A stretch of 64,000 bases of DNA, taken from Octopus sinensis (Eukaryota). Below, piece by piece: positions 40,226 to 53,369 of the stretch. The position numbers and the translations under genes are program-made. Within the stretch, counting starts at the first letter, position 1, and every line of letters starts with the position of its first letter. The notes under the pieces were generated by a model. That model saw only the letters and a list, made by a program, of their open reading frames with translations, was not told the DNA's origin and searched no databases. Location: contig NC_043010.1 in the NCBI RefSeq assembly GCF_006345805.1, positions 21,700,001 through 21,764,000 on the forward strand, written 5' to 3'.

Positions 40226-40428
40226 GTTCGTCTTACTGTTGGTCACCCAGCACCACTTGACAACCGGTGTTCTTTTACAACCCCGTAACGTAGCGGTTTG
40301 GCGGAAGACATCCATAATATAACCACCAAACTGAAATAAGTTACTGGGGTGAATTTGTTCGAAAAGCCCTTTAAGGTGGAGCCCCAGCATGACCGCAGAC
40401 AGTAACCGAAACAAGCAGAAAAATATAG
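40015..40428 (+). mobile_element. SINE family B, old near-full-length copy
   Basis: ccactgcgtggcaccttg...gatggaaactga...cttgacaaccggtg...ccccagcatgaccgcag. Confidence 0.7.
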
Positions 40429-41149
40429 AAAAATATCAGCTTCGAAACTAAAAAGAGAAACGCATCAGATATTTTTTAAATGGACTGATTATTGGTAGGG
40501 CCTATATTGTAATAACTTGTAAAATATCATGATTGCTTTAGTATAATAATGTGATACTATTCATCGTTTGGTTATTTAATAATATTTATTTTGTTAATTC
40601 TTATATATATTTTGTTATTATAATTAAAGTAAAATGTAATGACTGATTTTTTGTGTAATTACTTAGAATAATAGGTAATATTAGATGAATAGTAGAGTTC
40701 GTTATTTATGCAAATCGGTAAATTCGAGACAAAGAAACCAGTTTTATTTATTACTATATATCCAATGTTTTGTTGAAATATTATTGCCAGATTCTTATTT
40801 CGTGATGATATATCAAAATAAACTAAAACACTTTAAATGACGTCACATTTGCCGATCTTGAATATATTGTTTAAAACATGGTTGCCCACAGCTAACCAGG
40901 GTATTTAATTCAGTTTCATTTGTCTAAGCATTCACACCATAGTTGAAACCCTAGATATATTTAATATTTCATTATAGCATGGAACACAATACTGCTTCAA
41001 GCGTCAGTGATTTGTAATTGTTAATATATATATGTACAGTATACGTTGTATGCATATGGTAGTGTAAATATGAGAGATACACACACACACTAGTACACGC
41101 ACATATGTATAACACCACATCTATCTGTATTATATATTTATCTATCTAT

Positions 41150-41400
<251 letters not shown>

Positions 41401-42405
41401 CATCATATTAGCATATCAGCTAAGACATGTATCATATATTCTGGCAAATACTCGTCTCCAATAGGAGACTAGCTTCATTCCAATTTTAAACACAAGGAAC
41501 TTGATTCAATATTATCTAAAAGCAATTTTAGTCCTGATATACACAGCCACGTTGATGAAACACAGAAGAAATAAAGGTAAAATTAGCGGCTCTCTTGTGC
41601 TACTTAATTACTATTTTATCTTTATAATTCGTCTACTGCTGCATGTCAGTATGATAAGCAATTCTAGTATTGATGTATAGGCTTATTTTTCTCCAATCAC
41701 TCATTTTTGTTGTATCGCCATTCGATACTCATTCTATAAAGTCAGTTATGCTCCTCTGGTCATCTACGATTTATAGTAATAGGACAGATATCACAAAATA
41801 TACAGCGACATTTCTGTATTAAAGAGAATGTTGTATGCATTTATGTGAGCAGAAGTCCAGAGAGACATATTTAAACCTCTAAATATAGTTACTGCAATAA
41901 CAGTTCTGTATCCAATGAATTAAATTAAAGAAGTTTGATGTTTGGCCTTCAGTTGTTAATACAGAGTGCAGAGAAGGCGTAAAACGGTTGAAAAATATAC
42001 AAATTCAGAGAACACAGCCATACCTCTAGCAAAAAGAATTATTTTGGAAAATAAAAAGACAACTTATTGTCATCATTTAAATTCAGAAACTGTAATACAA
42101 TGAAATATATTTCTTTACTCCATCATTTACAAAATTGATCACTTTACAATTCAAATCATCTTCAACATAGCGAGGAAACAACATGTAGTTGATTATAATA
42201 TGTAAACGTAAAAGCAACAACAAATAACATTTCAAATTTCATGGTTTACTTGTCCTTTGAAGCACGAATTTCATATAGAAAAGGCTGTCTACGAAACACG
42301 ACCTATGCAGCTACTTGGTGGTCCTGTGATCACCGTTCCTACCACAGATGAATTCTTTCATTCTGTCCTTGACCAGTTCTATATTCCGTTTAATGTAGAA
42401 TATTA

Positions 42406-42502
42406 TCTTTTGCCGAACCGCTAATTTAAGGGGACGTAAACGCACCAGCATAGGTTGTCAAGCGATAGTGGGGGGACAAACACAAACACACAAATATGTA
42501 CA

Positions 42503-42545
<43 letters not shown>
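42406..42545 (-). mobile_element. SINE family B, partial 3' half; its 5' half lies at 43971-44135
   Basis: tcttttgccgaaccgctaa...caccagcataggttgtcaagcgat...gacaaacac. Confidence 0.8.
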
Positions 42546-42549
42546 TATA

Positions 42550-43452
42550 TATATAAGAAAAAAGGTTTGAAAATGCAATTTAAACGATGTTTATTTACTT
42601 AACCGGTTTCACTCTTTGGTAAAAGATTGTCAAAAGTTACATTTAAGGAAAAATTGAATAATATGGGTTCAAAAAATGTTTTTTACATAATTGTCACATT
42701 GAATATTATGCATTCAAAAAAGTTTTTTACATAATTGTCACATTGGATATTATGAATTCAAAAATGTTTTTTTTATACATAATTGTCACATTACATGTAT
42801 AAATATAGTGTTTGGTAACAGAGAAGTTCAATAGTGTGATGAGAATATTTGGGAAAATTTGGCAGAAAAGGATAAAACAAATATATTATTGGGAATTGGT
42901 TGCGTTAATTATTGGTTGTCGCAAATTGTCACATTACATGTATATATATACAATCTTTGGTATATATATACAGCCTTAAAATATTCTGAGATGTATAAAA
43001 AATCCATTTTAATTTTTGCTGTCAAAAGGCTGTATATATATACCAAGGATTGTATATATATACATGTAATGTGACAATTTGCGACAACCAATAATTAACG
43101 CAACCAATTCCCAATAATATATTTGTTTTATCCTTTTCTGCCAAATTTTCCCAAATATTCTCATCACACTATTGAACTTCTCTGTTACCAAACACTATAT
43201 TTATACATGTAATGTGACAATTATGTATAAAAAAACATTTTTGAATTCATAATATCCAATGTGACAATTATGTAAAGAACTTTTTTGAATGCATAATATT
43301 CAATGTGACAATTATGTAAAAAACTTTTTTTGAACCCATATTATTCAATGTTTCCTTAAATGTAACTTTTGACAATCTTTTACCAAAGAGTGAAACCGGT
43401 TAAGTAAATAAACATCGTTTAAATTGCATTTTCAAACCTTTTTTCTTATATA
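42550..43452. mobile_element. Foldback-like element: 428/427-bp inverted arms (~99% identical), 48-bp spacer, internal ~39-bp subrepeats
   Basis: 42550-42977 against 43026-43452: I counted 4 substitutions and one 1-bp indel. Subrepeat acataattgtcacatt occurs 3 times per arm. No ORF. Confidence 0.9.
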
Positions 43453-43482
43453 ATCCCACTCGTGCGATACCCCACAACTCAA

Positions 43483-43524
<42 letters not shown>

Positions 43525-43615
43525 ATCCGAACATGAACAAAGAGAAAACACAACAACGCGAGGACGTGGAACAACTTTAGTGTTATTGGACGCTCATGAA
43601 AGGAAAGAAAGAAGG

Positions 43616-43648
43616 ATTTAACGTTTCGAGTGGAGCTCTTCGTCAGAA
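43616..43648 (-). ncRNA. Minimal hammerhead motif, unit 1
   Basis: UU-CUGACGA-A-GAG(CUCCA)CUC-GAA-ACGU-U-AA. Core intact, palindromic loopless stem III, only a 2-bp stem I in this copy. Confidence 0.5.
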
Positions 43649-43694
43649 GGAAGGGAAAACGGAGAAAGAAAATCGCCAACGATACACACGTGGT

Positions 43695-43746
<52 letters not shown>

Positions 43747-43846
43747 ATATAGTTAATCCGAACATGAACAAAGAGAAAACACAACAACGCGAGGACGTGG
43801 AACAACTTTAGTGTTATTGGACGCTCATGAAAGGAAAGAAAGAAGG

Positions 43847-43879
43847 ATTTAACGTTTCGAGTGGAGCTCTTCGTCAGAA
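43847..43879 (-). ncRNA. Minimal hammerhead motif, unit 2
   Basis: Identical to 43616-43648, 231 nt away. Confidence 0.5.
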
Positions 43880-43925
43880 GGAAGGGAAAACGGAGAAAGA
43901 AAATCGCCAACGATACACACGTGGT

Positions 43926-43970
<45 letters not shown>

Positions 43971-43971
<1 letters not shown>

Positions 43972-44135
43972 CGACGGGCTTCTTTCAGTTTCCGTCTACC
44001 AAATCCACTTACAAGGCTTTGGTAGGCCCAGGGCTGTAGGAGAAGACACTTGTCCAATGTGCCACGCAGTGGGACTGAACCCAGAACCATGTGGTTGGTA
44101 AGCAAGCTAGTTAACACACAGCAACTCTTGGGCCT
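43971..44135 (-). mobile_element. SINE family B, 5' half
   Basis: acgacgggcttctttcagtttccgtctacc...gtgggactgaacccagaaccatgtgg...acacacagcaactc. Confidence 0.85.
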
Positions 44136-45412
44136 AGTTGAACAAAATTACAAACATCAAAATATGCTTTCACGACAACAAATTCGGCGGGAATTCCTAT
44201 ATTCATTACAATCTTTCGGAGCTTTGCGCTGTTTTGGGAAAAAACATCGAATCAATTGAAATAGATACGCCTAAAATAATACACTTGCGTTATTATCCCA
44301 GTATGTTATGTCAAAATGAAATTATGTCTTACTAAGTCTGATTCTTCCCCTAAACCACATTCACACAATATTTTTCTCTCGCGTGCATCTGGACTTTTGA
44401 CTTTTGTTCTGTTGAATTAACGTTTCTTTTTCACTTTTTACCATGAATATCATTGTTCAAAATGTTATTTCTGTCAAAGTAGCAGAAGAGGCCTTCTTTA
44501 TAATTGAATTGTTGCTTCGAATACGGAATTCTCTCGACTGATGTCTATAGGAGAAAGTGAATCTAGTCTGCTGCAGTTGTAAAGAAAACACTTCCCCGCA
44601 AAACAATAGCTAATCCAATCCCTGGAGCACGGGGATTCATTACATTGAAACTCCATAAATGAAACAACGAAATAATAATGATTTAAATTTAAATAATTTA
44701 TTATAACGAATGATTTGTTGAAGATACTTAAGTATTCCTAATATCGGTTTATATGTCTATCTACCAGCTGTGGAGTATGATACAGCTAATATTCTTCTTA
44801 AGAAAGGGACACACAGACATTAGCTAGATTAATGTTACGTAATTAATCTACTCGTAATCTGGTACGTATGTTATATGAAAGATATAACATAATTTATAAT
44901 ATGTGCCATGAAGTGAAGTATTGTTTATGGTTGTTTCTATCATATTAGTTTGTATCTAAGTTAGTAACGTTAGTTCATTAGGGAATAAGGTCGGAATCAC
45001 AACGTATTTTGTGAAGGACTTTCGTGTTGTGTGATTTCATTGTTTGGAAAAGTTTCCCGTAAAGAGAAAATGAGTCAAGTGTAGAGGTTGTAGTATAAAA
45101 ATCAGCTCTGGAGGGCAGGATTAGAGGATCATGAATTGAAACTTTGATGCGGCTCTTTCTGTTGAGGCTTGGTCTTCAGAGAAGAGGTTTTCTCGGCTGC
45201 AGGGACGATCTTTTAATGAAAGAGATGCCACTGGGAATGAGATAATGCCTGGTTCATTGTTGTATGTGTGTTTCCGTGTGAAGTTATGTATCCTTGGATA
45301 CCAGCTTGTTCGGGTTATTTGGAAGAAAGATATTGAAAAAACTTCAAACAAAATTGTGTGGTAGCTTGAAATATTTCTAACGACACTAGCATTTACAATA
45401 TCGAAGATGTCT

Positions 45413-46041
45413 AAGGCGACAAGCTGGCAGAAATGATAGCACGCCGGGTGAAATGCTTAGTGGTATTTCGTCTGTCTTTACGTTCTTAGTTCAAATTCCG
45501 CCGGGGTCGACTTTGCCTTTCATCCTTTCGGGTTCGATAAATTAAGTACCAGTTGCATATTGGGGTCTAACTAACCGACTGGTCTTCTCCCCAAAACTTC
45601 CAGGCCTTCTGCCTAGAGTAGAAAAGAATATTAACCTTAACCAAGGCGGCGAGCTGGCAGAAACGTTGGCACGCCGACGAAATTCTTATCGGTATTTCGT
45701 CTGTCTTTACGTTCTGAGTTCAAATTCCGCCGAGGTCGACTTCGCCTTTCATCCCTTCGGGGTCGATAAACTAAGTATCAGTTACACACTGGGGTCTATA
45801 TAATCGACCTAATCCCTTTGTCTGTTCTTGTTTGTCCCCTTTATGTTTAGCCTCTTGTGGGCATGATGCTTAGCATTTCGCCCGTCTTTCCACTGTGAGT
45901 TCAAATGTCGTCGAGGTCAGCGTTACCTTTTATTCTTTCAGGTTCAATAAATTAATTACTAGTTGCGTACTGGGGTTGATCTGATCGATTGGCTCCCTCC
46001 CTCAAGATGTCGGGCCTTGTGCCTAGGGTAGAAAAGAACAT
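45413..46041 (+). mobile_element. Three head-to-tail family A SINEs (45413-45632, 45643-45863, headless 45864-46041)
   Basis: Repeated gagttcaaattccgccg(a/g)ggtcgactt...gtcgataaa. The middle copy has a different 3' tail. Confidence 0.85.
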
Positions 46042-46400
46042 CAAAAATATCTGTTGTTATAAAAATTGCCTTGAGTAGTTGCACATGAAACAATACTTCT
46101 CCACTTCTTAGGCCTGAGTAAGTTAATGTTTTCTTTGTGCGGTAGGTGAATTTCTGTTGCCAGAGAATGCAGGTTTCTCCAATTTCAAGAAAGATATAGG
46201 AATTTATTTATTTTAGGAGATGGTTATCTGTTAAGTGTGCACGTTACGAATGTTAGCGTAGGAATAGAAAACGTCTCCCAAAAAGTGTTTCTTGACGAAT
46301 ATATACAGTATATATATACTAATATTTAAAAAAATTAAATATAATCTACAGTCAGTTATGACAAGTATCAATATAGTGTGATAAAATTACTTTAAAATAA

Positions 46401-47020
46401 TATTAATGTATATCAAATATTCAGCCTGAGCGTACAATGTAGACTTCGTTTACAATCTGTAAAATTGCGTACAATCATAGGATGTATCTGCTATTTTATC
46501 AAGCAGTCCAAATAGATTGGTAATATTAGAATATCAGGATATTAGAACATTACTGTCACATCTCCACTGATATCTGATAAACTGAATGTTGTTAATATGT
46601 ATATGAGAAGCTTGTCACTAGCAACGTGATATTTTAATTAATAATCGAATTTCTCTACTATAAGCACATACTAGTGGCACATTTCTACAACAACAAATCA
46701 CTGATGAATACCTTATAAGGAAGATAAGGATTTGAAAAACTCTGTCACTTCAGCAAGATATTTGACAAAAATTCATGGCAGATGTCGAAAAGGAATTACT
46801 TTTCACGTGTTACGTAACCTACGAGGGCTGTATGGAAAGTCTTGAGCCTCAAAAGAAACAAAACATGGTACATGATTTCTGATGAAGGTACAAGACTTCA
46901 AGGCTCAAAACTTTGCAGACACCCCTCGTATTAATGTATATCATATATTCAGCTTGAGCGTACACTGTAGACTTCGTTTACAATCTGTAAAATTGTGTAC
47001 AATCATCGGATATGTCTGCT
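46401..47020 (+). repeat. 92-bp direct repeat (46401-46492 and 46929-47020), 7 mismatches
   Basis: tattaatgtatatca...gtagacttcgtttacaatctgtaaaattg...ctgct. Confidence 0.85.
46822..46928. mobile_element. 107-bp mariner-type MITE with 28-bp TIRs and TA target duplication
   Basis: TA|cgagggctgtatggaaagtcttgagcct ... aggctcaaaactttgcagacacccctcg|TA. Confidence 0.85.
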
Positions 47021-47024
47021 GTCA

Positions 47025-47300
47025 GCTCATTAGGGCCGGTTTCCCGGTTTCCTTGGCGTATAGGTCCCCCCTCCTGGACGGGACGCCGGTAAGTCGCAGA
47101 TGAGTTGCAAGATGCAGGAGGAAAGAGTGAGAGAAGGTTGTGGCGAAAGTGTCGGCAAGAATTCGCCATTACCTTCTGCCGGAGCCGCATGGAGTTTAGG
47201 TGTTTCGCTCATAAACACACACATCGCCCGGTCTGAGATTCGAACCCGCGATCCCTCGTCCTCGTGTCCGCTGCTTTAACCACTAGGCCATGTGCCTCCA
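47025..47300 (-). mobile_element. tRNA-derived SINE, family C, with intact Pol III boxes
   Basis: A box TGGCCTAGTGG (47290-47280) and B box GGTTCGAATC (47246-47237). Homologous to 51602-51870. Confidence 0.9.
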
Positions 47301-50000
47301 CCCCCTCGTATTTAGGGCTGGCAAATTCCTTAACAGTCGCTATCAATTGATACACGTAGATGCGATACACACTGCTAGTCTCTTCTCATATCTCGAATAT
47401 TACATACCTTGATCTATAAAGCTTACTGGTCTTATAATTAAATGAAACCATACAGGCAATTTACAGGCATACTAATTCTCAGTCAATAGAGATAGAAAGA
47501 TTTTTTCTTGTAATTTATGTTACACGCCAGGAAACCTGTGCTTCTGACTTCCTATTCTAAAGACAGTCAATACTGAGTTTAAACCTGTGGTTCTTAACCA
47601 TATTTTACCCATTGATTCTTGTTTGACTCAATTGGACCCTCATAGATACTCAATGTTTAAAAAAATCCCATTATAATTTTATAATTATGCATTTTTGGAA
47701 TATTATTGAGAATTTTATGAAAAATATGTTGAAATATGTTGTGCATTATAGAACTATAACCAATTTATTGCATATAAACTTTAATAACAAAATCTTATAT
47801 GGATCAACATCCCCACCAAAGATCCTGTGGTCCCCGGTTGGGAACCACTGATCTAAACAATCAATAGAGCATTCTATTTCCTTTCAGGCTACAATGCATC
47901 TCTCAAATAAATTCATAGATATATTTTTACATCTTTCATATTTTATCTCTCTCTCTCTAGAATTATTGCTCACATAACTCACTTATTCTGCGAGTGTCAA
48001 ATTGCGGAAGTTAAAAAGAAAACATTCACCTGTCCACAAGTGTTTCCTTGTTTATTATAAATCAGCTGAATATTTCATTTACGCTACATATCTGTGGCAT
48101 CTCAACCTTGATAAATACAGTGACATGATGGTGTTATTATCCTTGTTAAACTTTCTGAACAGCAAGCACTGATTTCTGACATTGTATTGTTGCTTAAATG
48201 GGACCAGGTGCTGATAGAAGACCCGATCAATAAATTTTGATCGATCGTTATCAATATTTGCTAGTTAAATGTACTTCCACCAGTCCATTCTTTGAGAAAC
48301 TGAAATATGCAACTTCTCAGATCTGAACATATTTATAGTGATACATATCCTGCTACTGCAACAGTGTCGCAGTAGATGCCTTCTCTGTTCGCTCATTTTG
48401 GTGCATGTGCCCAAACTAAAATGCCTAAAATATCGTAATTTAGTCGTATTGTATCCCCCAAACAAATAAGGCACGTTGAAGTTATTTGGACATTAGAAAT
48501 ACACATGAATAATTATTAGCCATTGCGGACAATTAGAAGAATGTTTGGACCACTGACAATAGACCTAATGTTACGAGAAAGCATTATCCACACCACACTG
48601 GTACGCCATGATGTTTCGGACATTTCTATCGCAACACATACAGACGTCGTAGAAATATATCTCCCAAAGTATTTTGACCCCTTTCCGAAGATACATTTTA
48701 TAACAGGCTACAACTTCTCGCTTTCTCATAATATGTTTCTTTTTACTCTAATCCAACTAGCTTTTCTGCTCATACAATTAAACTTTTGTTATATTCTGAA
48801 CAATCCTAACAAATTCTCCCCGCTCTTCTCCCCCACTATTTATCGCTTTCAACTGATATCGCACTTAGAGCTCTCCCGAATTTACTTCAAATGAATCTCA
48901 TGCATCTGATAGTCTCAAAGCCAATATCGAATATCGGCATCAACCATATTCAATCTAAATAGTCTGGTATTTCCTACGGACGCAGTTGTTACTGACTCAT
49001 TGTTATATCGAAAAAATAATTAAAATTTGCATTAGTGGCCGCATTTCAATTCTCATACCCTTCTAACTTGGGATATCAGAGTGATTTTATGTTTCAGAAT
49101 TACAATAAATTACTTGTGTACTATAATTTGTGTCGAAAACTGGAGATCTCTAGAAAAAAAATGGTTTCAAAGTTTGAGGAAATAAATAGTTGCTAGTATG
49201 GGTGAGCTTAAAAATTCTTTGTCTCAATGTCCGGTATCACATAACTATGATTCGAATATAATGAGACATACGGAGGAGCGGATTGTGTGTATGTTTGTGT
49301 GTGCAGGAGTGTGTGTATGTGGGTGCGTGTGTATACAAGTGTGTGCGTTTTGTACCTGTGATTCATGTGGTATTTATTTCTTTATTGCCCAAAAGGTGCT
49401 AAAAATAGAGGGGACAAACGAGGACAGACAAAGGGATTAAGGAAATACTTTACATGAAATATTGAGTAATCCCGTAGTTTAATGCAAAGCTGTTTTATTA
49501 TAATTCAACATAAAAATAAACATTAATATATGTGTATGTATGTATGTGTGTATGTATATGTACACATATTTATTTACATCCTTACACACATTCATGTATT
49601 CAAACATACAAAACTAAATATGTACATACAGGTACACAATATTTTCTTATCCGAAATTCCGAGAAAGAACTTTTTTCGTGGACTTTATCGTACGCAACCC
49701 ACAGTAACATTCCCTACACATCTAGCGCCAAACATGGCCAGTCACACCCTACACATAGCCACCGCCCATTGTGTGTTAGCGCCATTCCCAGTCAGATATG
49801 CTTCTGAGCAGCAGATTTCTCTATGGATAATAGTGAGAAGCATAAAAGTTATTTATGGTTATCGGTCGTTAAGTGCATATTTGTGTATATGTTAGTCCAG
49901 CATGTAAAATTTGCTGTTAGACGTGTATTTCGCTGCGTCATCTTAAGGCCATCCAGTTATTAGTATAACTACAAAACCTTAAATTCACACACACATACGC

Positions 50001-50103
<103 letters not shown>

Positions 50104-50365
50104 TACACACTCTCTCATGCACACAAACACACAACACATGCATATATAGTTTAACAGTGACAGTTGGTAGCTTTGATCATTCGTAGCTTAAAACGGAGCA
50201 AGTTCTGTGTGAAAATATTAATTCTGCGAAAGGTTATTAATTTCGTTCTAGGTAACCATATCTAAATACTTATTTAGGTAATACTCTTCTTACACCCTTG
50301 TGCACTCACTAACCTCGTCATAATATTAGTGACGTCGAGACATTCAAACCCACCACATAACATAT

Positions 50366-50428
<63 letters not shown>

Positions 50429-51601
50429 TGTATGTATGTATGTATGTATGTATGTATGCATGTATGTATGTATTTTATGTATGTATGTGTGTATGTATGT
50501 ATGTATGTATATGTAGGTATATGTATGTATGCATAGTTAATTCGAGGAAGATAAGTTCTCATTAGGGATTATATAATCCAAGGTATTCTACTGGTTCAAT
50601 ACGTGTCATATAATGATAAAGTCATTTGTATAAGTTTAGGATTATTAATATTGAGGGAAAAACAAGGTAGAGAAAATATAGAATAAATGGCTGTAATTAC
50701 CGATTTATTTTCGTGTTGTAGAAAAAACATTACAAATAATGCCATCGAAAGTTAAGGAAAAAACGTATGAAGAATCTACATATATGCTTCTGTGAAATCA
50801 ATAAGCAAATGAGAATCTCCAAAACATGTTTAATGTCAACTTCTTCAGGGTTGACTGCCGGCTGTCACAAATGTAAATCAATCCAATTTGTTAATCCATT
50901 CTCCTTTTCAAAACACTAAATATTTTGTCATCAATGAAATGTCACATTTTGTGCATAAATTAACTTACGTTTTTATTTTGTTTATATATTTATGTGTATT
51001 TCTTTGCAAGGCGCCGAAGCAAAGCTAATATCTATCTATCGATTTACCTATCTATCTACTAATATAAACAAATAACAGAGGAATACATATATGCATATAT
51101 TTATAGCTAGATATCTGTGTGAGCGTGGGCGTAGACATATGTGTGAGCGCGTAAACACACACACACACGCACACATAAATATACAGACACGCACACGTTC
51201 ATTATAAACGTAGACAGATTTATGTTAACAAAGTCGGGCAAATTTGATATATTTTAAATTTCCTGTTACATGTTTCAGTACAGCATAGGAAATACATATA
51301 GAATATACATATTATTATCATAAATAACAATTAGCAATTAATATTATTTACAATAATATTATATTCATTATGAATTTTCTACACTGTACTGAAACAAGCG
51401 TGGCGTGGAAATAAAATGTACAAAATTTCCCAGGATTTGTGTTGCGATATAGTTACTCGTCATATCCTAGTATTCTTCACAACATTAAACTAGTGCGTAG
51501 AATGGCTTGATTTAAACTAAAACATCTACATATATACATTTCATTACTGAAATGTTCAGATGTGCTTTTCGAAGATTATAAGCTCTTCTATACATTCATT
51601 C

Positions 51602-51870
51602 GAGCCACATGGCCTAGTGGTTAGAGCAGCGGACTCGCGGTCGAGGGATTGCGGGCTCAAATCTCAGTCCGGGCGATGTGTGTGTTTATGAGCAAAACAC
51701 CTAAGCTCCACGCGAATCCGGCAGAAGGTAATGGCGAACTTCTGCTGACTCTTTCGCCACAACTTTCTCTCACTCTTTCCTGCTGGTCCGTCGCAGGTGG
51801 GGAACCTATACGCCAAGAAACCGGGAAATCGGCCCTTATAAGCCAGACATGGCTCGAGAAGGAATAAACA
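51602..51870 (+). mobile_element. tRNA-derived SINE, family C
   Basis: A box TGGCCTAGTGG at 51610-51620 and mutated B box GGCTCAAATC at 51654-51663. Followed by (TACA)n. Confidence 0.9.
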
Positions 51871-51954
51871 AAAACTTCTATACATACACACATACATACA
51901 TACATACATACGTACATACATACATACATACATACATACATACATACATAATAC

Positions 51955-51985
<31 letters not shown>

Positions 51986-52055
51986 CATACATACATACAT
52001 ACATACATACATACATACATACATACATACATACATACATACATACATACATACA

Positions 52056-52550
52056 TTGTTGTGACAACCTTCGGTCATGATTGACCATGGGATTTCACAT
52101 AGAATGTTACCCTCTGGGGTACAAGTCTGGGCAAGGTTGTTTATGGTAGACCAGCACTCACCCATGCATACCAGCTCCGCCTGTCCACCTCACTGATGTT
52201 ATCCAAGGGAAAGGGAAAGGAGCCCATACAGTTTCGCACCAGTGACTTCGCAGCTCATTTATTAACGTGCAAGTGGCTGAGCACTCCACAGACACGTGTA
52301 CCCTTAACGTAGTTCACGGCAAGGTTCAGCGTGAAACAGAGTGTGGAAGGGCTGGGCCATTGAAATACAAGTGCAGCAGAAACAGGAAGAAACAGTGAAA
52401 GTTGTGGCGAAGGAGTACAGCAGGGTTCACCACCACCTTCTGCCGGAACTCGTGGAGCTTTATAAACACTCAATTCCCAGTCTGGGAATCGAAACTGCGA
52501 TCCTACAACCGCGCGTCCGCTGCCTTAACCACTGGGCCATTGTGCCTCCA
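52056..52550 (-). mobile_element. Composite SINE (tRNA head and body 52550-52261, then a ~205-bp tail 52260-52056), copy 1
   Basis: A box TGGCCCAGTGG (52539-52529) and B-box-like GTTTCGATTC (52495-52486). Flanked by (TACA)n. Confidence 0.75.
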
Positions 52551-52622
52551 CATACATACATACAGACATACATACATACATACATCATACATACATACAT
52601 ACATTCATACATACATACATAC

Positions 52623-52663
<41 letters not shown>

Positions 52664-52740
52664 CATACATACATACATACATAATACATACATACATACA
52701 TACATACATACATACATACATACATACATACATACATACA

Positions 52741-53235
52741 TTGTTGTGACAACCTTCGGTCATGATTGACCATGGGATTTCACATAGAATGTTACCCTCT
52801 GGGGTACAAGTCTGGGCAAGGTTGTTTATGGTAGACCAGCACTCACCCATGCATACCAGCTCCGCCTGTCCACCTCACTGATGTTATCCAAGGGAAAGGG
52901 AAAGGAGCCCATACAGTTTCGCACCAGTGACTTCGCAGCTCATTTATTAACGTGCAAGTGGCTGAGCACTCCACAGACACGTGTACCCTTAACGTAGTTC
53001 ACGGCAAGGTTCAGCGTGAAACAGAGTGTGGAAGGGCTGGGCCATTGAAATACAAGTGCAGCAGAAACAGGAAGAAACAGTGAAAGTTGTGGCGAAGGAG
53101 TACAGCAGGGTTCACCACCACCTTCTGCCGGAACTCGTGGAGCTTTATAAACACTCAATTCCCAGTCTGGGAATCGAAACTGCGATCCTACAACCGCGCG
53201 TCCGCTGCCTTAACCACTGGGCCATTGTGCCTCCA
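52741..53235 (-). mobile_element. Composite SINE, copy 2 (685-bp tandem duplication)
   Basis: Reads as identical to 52056-52550 at offset 685. Confidence 0.8.
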
Positions 53236-53308
53236 CATACATACATACAGACATACATACATACATACATACATACATACATACATACATTCATACATAC
53301 ATACATAC

Positions 53309-53339
<31 letters not shown>

Positions 53340-53369
53340 CATACATACATTTATACATGCATACATATA

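Larger units (their letters stand above)
43521..43970. repeat. Two tandem 231-bp units of a (TA)n-embedded Penelope-like terminal sequence
   Basis: gttaatccgaacatg... at 43521 and 43752. The unique ~175 bp read as identical. Confidence 0.9.

Noticed and set aside
47237-47300. tRNA-like sequence with A and B boxes (also 51602, 52550, 53235, 30823)
   Set aside because: No acceptor-stem closure, and each continues into a shared repeat body. These are SINE heads, not tRNA genes.
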